From: an uncultured Kiloniellaceae bacterium
GTDB lineage: Bacteria; Actinomycetota; Acidimicrobiia; Spongiisociales; UBA11373
DNA length: 53,281 nucleotides
Reading direction: 5' to 3'
NCBI GenBank assembly: GCA_964194935.1
Contig: CAXMOL010000148.1
Span: 1 to 53,281, forward strand
Shown: positions 46,242 through 53,281 of the stretch, piece by piece
How the letters are laid out: every line of letters starts with the position of its first letter
Position numbering within the stretch: the stretch's first letter is position 1
Translations under genes and position numbers: made by a program
Notes under the pieces: model-generated
The model's database searches: none
The model's input: the letters and a program-made list of their open reading frames with translations, nothing else
What the model was told of the DNA's origin: nothing

Positions 46242-47004
46242 ACCCAGCGACTCCGAGTTGGAGGGGTTCTGGGAGCGCTTTAAGAAAGAAGACGACCAGC
46301 AAGCCCGTGAGGGGTTGATCCTTCACTACTCGCCACTCGTGAAGTTTGTCGCGGGCCGGCTTGGTGTGGGACTGCCGCGCAGCGTGGAGCAGTCCGACCT
46401 GATTTCCTATGGGATGTTTGGACTGATCGACGCCATAGACAAGTTCGATCTCGAGCGCGAAATAAAGTTCGAGACCTACGCCGTAAACCGAATCCGAGGG
46501 GCAATTCTCGACGAGTTGCGCGCACTCGACTGGGTGCCTCGATCGGTCCGGGCGCGGGCCCGTGAGATCCAGCGTTCGCTCGACGAACTCGAACACAGGC
46601 TCAAGCGCAGTGCGACTGAAGATGAACTTGCAGAGCACATGGGCCTGGCGGTGCCGACGTTGCAGACCCAATTGGGAGAAATCGCAGGTCTCGGATTTGT
46701 AGCCCTAGATGAGTTGCTCGATCCCGGGGAGAGGTCATCGGCGACGATCGGCGATCTCTTGTCAGATGCACGCATGGGAGCGCCGGGGGAGTCGTTCGAA
46801 AAGCAAGAGACGCGCTACTTCCTATCCGATGCGATCAACCGTCTGCCAGAACGCGAGCGCCTGGTTATAACGCTCTACTACTACGAGGGACTCACTCTCG
46901 CCGAGATCGGAGGGGTGCTCGGAGTGACTGAGTCGCGCATCTGTCAGATACACACGAAGTCCGTGATGAGCCTGCGCAACCGGATGATCGAGCCGGGCCA
47001 TTAG
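46216..47004 (+). CDS. whiG: FliA/WhiG family RNA polymerase sigma factor
   Basis: ILHYSPLVKFVAGR, FETYA..RIRGAILDELRALDWVPRSVR and TLAEIG.VLGVTESRICQIHTK. Confidence 0.9.
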   Translation: MSDRIRAPEPSDSELEGFWERFKKEDDQQAREGLILHYSPLVKFVAGRLGVGLPRSVEQSDLISYGMFGLIDAIDKFDLEREIKFETYAVNRIRGAILDELRALDWVPRSVRARAREIQRSLDELEHRLKRSATEDELAEHMGLAVPTLQTQLGEIAGLGFVALDELLDPGERSSATIGDLLSDARMGAPGESFEKQETRYFLSDAINRLPERERLVITLYYYEGLTLAEIGGVLGVTESRICQIHTKSVMSLRNRMIEPGH

Positions 47005-47043
47005 TTGATCTGACAGCGCCGGACGAGGGCTACACTCCGGCTC

Positions 47044-47151
47044 TATTACGCACGTCTGCCGCAGACTCCCGCGGTCAGAGCACGCTAAGCGCGGACTCTG
47101 GGGATGTTCGAAGGGCAGGCGGAGGACCAACCGCGAAACAAGGAGGCCCAA
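47044..47151 (+). promoter_or_regulatory. rpsB 5' leader (S2/t44-like structured leader)
   Basis: TACACT -10 at 47031. Stem 47053-47060 pairs with 47114-47121 and is followed by GGAGG. CGCGGT 47070-47075 is complementary to ACCGCG 47130-47135. Confidence 0.65.
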
Positions 47152-47883
47152 GTGGGCAACGTCACTATGCGACAACTACTGGAGGCTGGAGTCCATTTCG
47201 GGCACCAGACCCGGCGGTGGGATCCCAAGATGCGTCCGTATATCTTTTCGGAGCGCAACGGGATTCACATCATCGATTTACGCCAAACACTCGAGGCGGC
47301 TCAGCGCGCCCATGACCTGTGCCGCGACACCGTTGCCAAAGGGGGAGTGGTTCTCTTCGTCGGAACGAAGAAGCAGGCTCAGGGCGCCGTAATGGATGCC
47401 GCTGTACGAGCTGAGATGCCGTATGTAAACCACCGCTGGCTCGGTGGAATGCTCACCAACTTTGCAACCATTCACACGCGAATCCTCTATATGCGCGAAC
47501 TCGAGCGCATGGATTCGTCGGGTGAAATGGACGCGCTGCCAAAGAAGGAGGCTCTTCGGTTGCGCCGGGAACTCACCAAGCTTCAGACTGTTCTGGGCGG
47601 CGTCGGGGATATGCACCGGAAACCAGATGTGGTGTTTATCGTCGATGTCAAGACCGAAGCGATCGCCGTCAAGGAGGCGTCGCGGATCGACGCCAAGGTC
47701 GTTGCTTTGGTCGACACCAACTGTGATCCCAACCTCGTCGATTTCGTGATCCCGGGCAACGACGACGCCATTCGATCTGCACAGTTGATGGCCGAGCTCT
47801 TGGCCGACGGGTGTATCGAAGGTGCTGAGCTGGCCAAGGCCAAGGCCAAGGATGAACCAGACAAGGATGCCGGCGATGAGTGA
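47152..47883 (+). CDS. rpsB: 30S ribosomal protein S2
   Basis: [28 protein letters not shown] and [20 protein letters not shown] before GTG 47152. Confidence 0.97.
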   Translation: MGNVTMRQLLEAGVHFGHQTRRWDPKMRPYIFSERNGIHIIDLRQTLEAAQRAHDLCRDTVAKGGVVLFVGTKKQAQGAVMDAAVRAEMPYVNHRWLGGMLTNFATIHTRILYMRELERMDSSGEMDALPKKEALRLRRELTKLQTVLGGVGDMHRKPDVVFIVDVKTEAIAVKEASRIDAKVVALVDTNCDPNLVDFVIPGNDDAIRSAQLMAELLADGCIEGAELAKAKAKDEPDKDAGDE

Positions 47884-48499
47884 GATCACCGCCAAGGATG
47901 TCGCCGCCCTTCGCAAGGCGACCGGCGCCGGGATGATGGATGCCAAGCGCGCTCTGGAGGAGTCGGAGGGTGATGCAGAACGGGCCGCGGATCTTCTACG
48001 TGAGCAGGGACTGGCTGAGGCTCGCAAGCGGTCGGATCGGGCCACCAATCAAGGAACGATCGGTCACTATCTGCACGTGCAGGCGGAACGCCCTGTCATC
48101 GGGGTCCTTGTCGAGCTCGCCTCTGAGACCGACTTTGTTGCCAAGAGTGACGCGTTCCAGGAGGCGGCCCGAGACATTGCCATGCACGTCGCTGCGTATC
48201 GTCCTCAATGGGTCAATCGTGATGAGGTTCCGGCGGCTGCGGTCGACAAGGAGAAGGAACTCATCGCAGCCCAGGCACGTAACGAGGGAAAGCCTGAAAA
48301 CATCGTGGACAAGATCGTCGACGGCCGCATCAAGTCGTTCTACGAAGACACCGTGCTGTACGACCAGACCTTTGCAAATACCGACAAATTCGAGGGAACG
48401 GTCGGCCAATTGGTCGACCGGCTCATATCTCAGATGGGTGAAAACATCGGAGTGCGACGCTTCGTGAGGATCGGCATCGGGGAGACGGACGAGGGGTGA
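47876..48499 (+). CDS. tsf: Elongation factor Ts (short ~207-aa form)
   Basis: [23 protein letters not shown] and [11 protein letters not shown]. Confidence 0.96.
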   Translation: MSEITAKDVAALRKATGAGMMDAKRALEESEGDAERAADLLREQGLAEARKRSDRATNQGTIGHYLHVQAERPVIGVLVELASETDFVAKSDAFQEAARDIAMHVAAYRPQWVNRDEVPAAAVDKEKELIAAQARNEGKPENIVDKIVDGRIKSFYEDTVLYDQTFANTDKFEGTVGQLVDRLISQMGENIGVRRFVRIGIGETDEG

Positions 48500-49200
48500 G
48501 TCACCGAGTTGCGCTCAAACTGTCGGGTGAGGCATTTGCCGACCCTGAACTCGGGTACGGCATTGATCCCAAGACCATTCAATCCATTGCCGCGGAGATC
48601 GCTGGCGTCCATTCCGAGGGCCACGATATCGCCATGGTGGTTGGCGGCGGCAACATCTTTCGCGGACTGTCGGCAGCGGCATCGGGGATGGATCGTGCCA
48701 ACGCTGACTACATGGGGATGTTGGCGACCGTGATAAACGCGCTGGCGTTGCGTGACGCGCTGGAAGCGGCCGATTGCCCCACCCGAGTACAAACGGCGAT
48801 AAAGATCGAACAGGTCGCCGAGCCGTACATCAGGCTGCGAGCCATGCGCCATCTCGAGAAGGGTCGCGCCGTCATCTTCGCCGGCGGTACCGGAAACCCA
48901 TACTTCACGACCGACACAACGGTGGCGTTGCGTGCAGCAGAGATCGGAGCCGATCTGGTGCTGAAGGGCACCAGGGTCGACGGTGTCTTCTCGTCCGATC
49001 CCGAGAAGGATCCGACTGCCGAGATGTTCGATGAGCTGGCATACATGGAGGTGCTCGAGAAAGGTCTGCGGGTGATGGACAGCACTGCCATTACGATGTG
49101 TATGGAAAATGACCTGCCGATTCGGGTCTTCAACATCACTGTTCCGGGCAACATCGCCCGCGCTGTCCGTGGGGAGCCGATCGGCACGCTCGTCCGCTGA
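48496..49200 (+). CDS. pyrH: UMP kinase
   Basis: [34 protein letters not shown] and VMDSTA. Confidence 0.97.
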   Translation: MSHRVALKLSGEAFADPELGYGIDPKTIQSIAAEIAGVHSEGHDIAMVVGGGNIFRGLSAAASGMDRANADYMGMLATVINALALRDALEAADCPTRVQTAIKIEQVAEPYIRLRAMRHLEKGRAVIFAGGTGNPYFTTDTTVALRAAEIGADLVLKGTRVDGVFSSDPEKDPTAEMFDELAYMEVLEKGLRVMDSTAITMCMENDLPIRVFNITVPGNIARAVRGEPIGTLVR

Positions 49201-49212
49201 GAGGAGGCGATC

Positions 49213-49764
49213 GTGATCGAGGAACTCCTGGGCGAGGCCTCAACAAAGATGGACCAAGCCGTGGATCACCTCCAGGGCGAGTTTGCAACCGTTCGGACCG
49301 GTCGAGCTAACGCTGCTGTTCTGCACCGCGTCACCGTTGACTACTACGGGACCCCGACACCCCTGCAGCAACTCGCATCGGTTTCAGTGCCCGAGCCTCA
49401 AATGCTTCTGGTACAGCCGTACGACAAGTCTGTCATTGCCGACATCGAGCGGTCCCTGCAGTCATCGGACCTAGGGCTGAACCCGTCGAGTGATGGCAAC
49501 GTGATCCGTCTCGCTTTTCCTCAGCTGAATGAGGAACGTCGCCATGAACTCATCAGAGTGGTTCGGCACATGGCCGAGGAGGGTCGGGTGGCGGTGCGCA
49601 ACGTTCGTCGCCACGTCAAAGACGACATCGAATCGCTTGATGGTGAGGTGTCTGAAGACGCCATCCGACGCGGTGAGCAGGAGCTGCAGGAGATCACCGA
49701 CAAGCACACGAGCAGGATCGACGAGTTTCTAGAACACAAAGAGGCCGAGCTGCTCGAGGTGTAA
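49213..49764 (+). CDS. frr: Ribosome recycling factor
   Basis: RTGRAN, VDYYGTPTPLQQLA, LNEERR and VRNVRR. Confidence 0.96.
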   Translation: MIEELLGEASTKMDQAVDHLQGEFATVRTGRANAAVLHRVTVDYYGTPTPLQQLASVSVPEPQMLLVQPYDKSVIADIERSLQSSDLGLNPSSDGNVIRLAFPQLNEERRHELIRVVRHMAEEGRVAVRNVRRHVKDDIESLDGEVSEDAIRRGEQELQEITDKHTSRIDEFLEHKEAELLEV

Positions 49765-49788
49765 ACCTGAGCAGTTCGAGGAGGCGCC

Positions 49789-52700
49789 GTGACCGGAAGC
49801 GATGAAGACGGGTTCCGTCCGCATCCGGGCGACCCTTGGCACCCTGGGGGGATCGACGACGAGTCGGGCGACGAGATCGAATCGGCCCAAACCGAATCGG
49901 CACTAAGCGATCCCGAATCGCTCGAGCAGGAGCCAAAGAAGCGAAAGCGGCGAACTCGTCGCGAGCGAAAAGCCGACCAGGCGGAAGCCGACGATCTCTT
50001 TGAGCCCGACTTCGACAAGACAACCGTCGATGACGTGGAGGGTTCTTCTGAGGGTGTCGACCTGGTTCCGGCGGATGTTGCGGAGGGTTCTTCTGAGGGT
50101 GTCGACCCGGTTCCGGCGGAGGACGAGAGGCGTGCTTCTGAGGGTGTCGACCTGGTTCCGGCGGATGTTGCGGAGGGTCCTTCTGAGGGTGTCGACCTGG
50201 TTCCGGCGGAGGACGAGAGGCGTCCTTCTGAGGGTGTCGACCCGGTGTCGGCCGACGATCCGTTCGATGCAGTACTGGAGCAGGAGACCCCGGCAACCCG
50301 CTTTCGGGCCGGGAGCGATGAAGAGGGTCCGCCGCCGGCGTGGACGGTCGACAAGCCGCCTGATCCCGAGCAGGTCTTCCCCGTCGAGCAGCCGTCATGG
50401 ATCGGCCTGACAACCGGAGGAGCTCCCGGTGCCGAGACGGTCGAGTTCGAGTCCGAGCAAGTGGAGGATTTGGAGGAGGAGCCGGCGGCATCGAGCAGCG
50501 AGCCGGATGGTTCTGCTGCTGATGAAACGATCGATGTTGACCCGGTGTTTGCGGCTGATCTCCAGGTTGCGGAGGCGCCTGAGGGCGATGACGGAATCGT
50601 CGGAGAATATGGAGTGGCCGGCCCGGAGGCCTTTGACGCTCTTGCGGCGGATGACGCACCTACGGGTGAGACAGACGACTGGGGTTCCTACGAATCAGAG
50701 CCTGAGCCGCGACGTCGCCGTCGCTTCGGGCGGCGCAAGGATTCTCGTGAGGATGGGGTCATCGACGATGGGTTCGTCGGCGCTGCGACCGAACCGACTC
50801 CCTCCGAGACGCCAGATGCAAGCGATTCGACGTTTGGTCGTCCTGCTGAGGCTCCGGCCGGTGTCGAGGCGTTTGACGACTGGTACGAAGACGAACCCGT
50901 TCAAAGGCGCGGCCTATTCCGGCGCCGCAGGAGATCTGAACCCGATGTCATTGACGACGGTTTCGTGGGAGGCGTCGACGATTGGGTGGAACAGCCGGTT
51001 GCGCAGCAGTTCGAAGACGAGATGCCTGCTGCACCTCTTTCCGACTCGGCCATCACCGACGATGCCGCCTATTTGCCGCCGGACGAGGTGCCTTTCTTGG
51101 AGGCCGACGATCTCGAGCCCGAATCCGCGGGTGGCGCGGGAGATGTGGCGGCCGCTCTAACCCAGGCGCTTGAGGGGACCGGGTTCGGCGAACAGGGCGA
51201 TCTCTTTGCGGAACCCGAGGAATCGCGACCGGTGGACCAGCCGAATGCTCAACCGTCGGCCCCTGCTGAGCCGGAAGGCTTGGATCAACTTCCCGACGCC
51301 GAGCTTGAGGATGTAGCTCATTGGCAGGGAGATCCCGGGCGACTTCCAGCCGATTGGATGGCCGATATCGATGAGGACGAGGCGGCGGCGCCTCAGGCGG
51401 CAGAAACACCCGATACCGAGTTGGCCGATGAATCGGATGGGGCGTGGGAGGGCCAGGCCCGATGGCAGGCAGAACCGGTGAACCTCTTCGACATCGAGGA
51501 GCCGGCGGCTGTGGCGGAGCTACCACAAGAACCTGTGGCGATTCCCGAGGGTTACGAGCCGTGGCAGGAAGCCGTGGTGGATGCCGTCGAATCGGGAGCA
51601 GATTCTGAGGCCGATAACGCCGACGGGACATATGAGTACGAGCAACCGTTGTTGCAGGGTGGTCTTCCGCCAGGGTATGAACAGTTTCCGGACGGTGCGC
51701 AAGCCGAACAGTTCGAGTTACCTGAAGAGACGATGCTCTCACACCTCGATACCACCGACGATGGTTGGGTCACCGACGACGTGGACGCCACTGCGATGCC
51801 GACTGAGGCAATGGATGTCCCGTATTCCGGCGATACCGATTTCGACGAGGAGATCTACGCCGCCGGCGGCACCATCGAGCACCGCGATCTGGCTGCATCG
51901 ATTGCCGAGGCAGGTGAGGAACAGACCCAGTGGCAGGCGATCAGTGCAGCGATGCCGGGCATGGAGACCGGCGTGCTCGGGTTTGAGGACGTGGCCGATC
52001 TGGGCAGCGGTGGCGAGTACGTTGCTCCGGTCAGTTCGAATTTCGGGGCAAGGGTGGCGACGGGGTTGGTCCTCGTGGTCTTGCTGTTCGGATCACTGTT
52101 GCTGGCGTCGGAAGCGTTTGCCGTCTTCATCGGTCTCGTTGTCATGGTCGGTTTGGTCGAGTTCTACGGCGCGTTGCGCCGGGCCGGATACTTGCCTCTC
52201 GGATTGTTCGGGATCGTCGGTGGGGCAGGCACCCTGGCTGCCACTTGGTTCCACGGTCCTCTGGCCATTCCGATCGGAGTGCTGCTCACCTCCACGGTCA
52301 CATTCTTCTTCTATGCGTTCTCGCCGACTCGCAGAGATGCGTTGTCGAATGGTGGTCTCACCACCCTCGGTGTCGGCTGGGTAGTAGCGACCGCTGCGTT
52401 TGCGATTCCGATTGGCAGGGCGGAGGACCACGTCGTGCTGGTGTTTGCCATCGTGGCGGTGACGGCTGCCACCGATATCGGCGCCTACTGGTCTGGTCGA
52501 ACCTGGGGCAAGCGCCCATTGGCGCCGGTCCTTTCTCCCAACAAGACCACCGAGGGTCTTGTTGGGGCCATGGCATCTGCTTTCATCGTGGCCGGTTCGA
52601 TTGGCTATTTCGAGTTGGGCCCATTCGACCTGAAGTCGGGCCTCGCTCTCGGAGCCATTGCTGCGTTCCTGGCTCCAATTGGAGATCTCGCCGAGTCGAT

Positions 52701-52839
52701 GATCAAGCGAAGTCTCGGGGTAAAGGACATGGGTTCGATCCTTCCCGGACACGGAGGCATCCTCGACCGAATCGACGCCTTCTTGTTCGTCATCCCGGCG
52801 GCGTGGGTGTTGTACGAGGCGATCGGCTTGTTGGGTTGA
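49789..52839 (+). CDS. cdsA: Phosphatidate cytidylyltransferase with ~750-aa acidic N-terminal extension
   Basis: C-terminal domain: DIGAY..G..GKRPLAP.LSPNKTTEG, GDLAESMIKRSLGVKDMGSILPGHGGILDRID. GAGGAGG RBS at 49789. frr-cdsA-dxr synteny. Confidence 0.9.
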   Translation: MTGSDEDGFRPHPGDPWHPGGIDDESGDEIESAQTESALSDPESLEQEPKKRKRRTRRERKADQAEADDLFEPDFDKTTVDDVEGSSEGVDLVPADVAEGSSEGVDPVPAEDERRASEGVDLVPADVAEGPSEGVDLVPAEDERRPSEGVDPVSADDPFDAVLEQETPATRFRAGSDEEGPPPAWTVDKPPDPEQVFPVEQPSWIGLTTGGAPGAETVEFESEQVEDLEEEPAASSSEPDGSAADETIDVDPVFAADLQVAEAPEGDDGIVGEYGVAGPEAFDALAADDAPTGETDDWGSYESEPEPRRRRRFGRRKDSREDGVIDDGFVGAATEPTPSETPDASDSTFGRPAEAPAGVEAFDDWYEDEPVQRRGLFRRRRRSEPDVIDDGFVGGVDDWVEQPVAQQFEDEMPAAPLSDSAITDDAAYLPPDEVPFLEADDLEPESAGGAGDVAAALTQALEGTGFGEQGDLFAEPEESRPVDQPNAQPSAPAEPEGLDQLPDAELEDVAHWQGDPGRLPADWMADIDEDEAAAPQAAETPDTELADESDGAWEGQARWQAEPVNLFDIEEPAAVAELPQEPVAIPEGYEPWQEAVVDAVESGADSEADNADGTYEYEQPLLQGGLPPGYEQFPDGAQAEQFELPEETMLSHLDTTDDGWVTDDVDATAMPTEAMDVPYSGDTDFDEEIYAAGGTIEHRDLAASIAEAGEEQTQWQAISAAMPGMETGVLGFEDVADLGSGGEYVAPVSSNFGARVATGLVLVVLLFGSLLLASEAFAVFIGLVVMVGLVEFYGALRRAGYLPLGLFGIVGGAGTLAATWFHGPLAIPIGVLLTSTVTFFFYAFSPTRRDALSNGGLTTLGVGWVVATAAFAIPIGRAEDHVVLVFAIVAVTAATDIGAYWSGRTWGKRPLAPVLSPNKTTEGLVGAMASAFIVAGSIGYFELGPFDLKSGLALGAIAAFLAPIGDLAESMIKRSLGVKDMGSILPGHGGILDRIDAFLFVIPAAWVLYEAIGLLG
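50045..50245 (+). repeat. In-frame 45-bp tandem repeat x5 with A/B alternation (90-bp higher-order unit)
   Basis: CTTCTGAGGGTGTCGACC core at 50045, 50090, 50135, 50180 and 50225 (SEGVDxVPA + DVAEGS/EDERRA). Confidence 0.92.
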
Positions 52840-53281
52840 CCCAACTAGTTGTCCTGGGAGCGACTGGGTCGATCGGGCGTCAATGTCTCGAGGTTGCCGA
52901 CCGGCTTGAACTCGATGTCGTGGCGATCGCGGCCAGGGCGCACTCAGAGGCGCTTCTGGCCATCGCCGCCACGTATCCCGACGCCCGTATTGGTGTCGCC
53001 GGACCCACGCCGTCGGAGCGTGATGATCTGATCGCCCGGTTCGGTGACAGGGTGCTGTTTGGCCCGGAGTCGCTCGTCGAGCTGGCAGCGACACCGAATG
53101 CAACGGTCGTAAACGGGACGGTAGGAGTCGCCGGACTTCCGGCATCCGTCTCCGCGCTCGATGCCGGAAACCGGCTGGCGTTGGCCAACAAGGAGAGCCT
53201 GGTCGCCGGCGGAGACGTCGTTCTGGCGGCCCTCGCCGGCGGCAATGGCATGCTCTTGCCGGTGGACAGCGAGCATTCGGC
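52836..53281 (+). CDS. dxr: 1-deoxy-D-xylulose-5-phosphate reductoisomerase (3'-truncated)
   Basis: TTG start, MTQLVVLGATGSIGRQ...LALANKESLVAGG...LPVDSEHS. Runs off the window end. Confidence 0.95.
   Translation, partial: MTQLVVLGATGSIGRQCLEVADRLELDVVAIAARAHSEALLAIAATYPDARIGVAGPTPSERDDLIARFGDRVLFGPESLVELAATPNATVVNGTVGVAGLPASVSALDAGNRLALANKESLVAGGDVVLAALAGGNGMLLPVDSEHS

Noticed and set aside
50045-50245. Regularly spaced ~30-bp repeat as a CRISPR array
   Set aside because: The 'spacers' are only ~15 bp and alternate between two sequences. The period is in frame within cdsA, and there are no cas genes.
1-53281. tRNA, rRNA, IS or prophage elements
   Set aside because: No cloverleaf or rRNA-like segments were recognised, intergenic gaps are short, and there are no transposase or phage ORFs. 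A covariance-model scan was not possible.

Overview
GC-rich bacterial chromosomal core region, most consistent with an actinobacterium of the Acidimicrobiia or another deep-branching lineage. This is inferred from the InhA-like FabI, the small Lrp protein, DUF2469, a WhiG-type sigma, plsX and a short EF-Ts. Conserved backbone: fabI-ddl, rpmB/DAK2-recG-rsmD-coaD-yceD-rpmF-plsX-rnc-mutM-acyP-smc-ftsY, ffh-rpsP-khpA-rimM, trmD-rplS-lepB-DUF2469-yraN, comM-dprA-xerC-whiG, rpsB-tsf-pyrH-frr-cdsA-dxr. Cargo blocks interrupt it: a nucleoside salvage/ETF/diguanylate cyclase block, an ltrA/thioesterase/gap-pair block, and a microprotein/Zn-finger/enoyl-CoA hydratase block. No rRNA, tRNA, CRISPR, transposase or phage genes were seen. 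The most notable observations are: (1) a full-length GAPDH paralogue lacking the catalytic Cys and phosphate-binding Arg residues, translationally coupled to a canonical gap (candidate pseudoenzyme subunit); (2) sigma28/WhiG-type promoters in front of a GAF-GGDEF cyclase and a small membrane protein, in the same window as whiG (candidate c-di-GMP feedback loop); (3) a 1016-aa CdsA with a ~750-aa acidic, repeat-containing N-terminal extension; (4) pervasive leaderless promoter architecture, which reveals a 37-aa microprotein. All calls come from motif recognition by eye; no searches were run.
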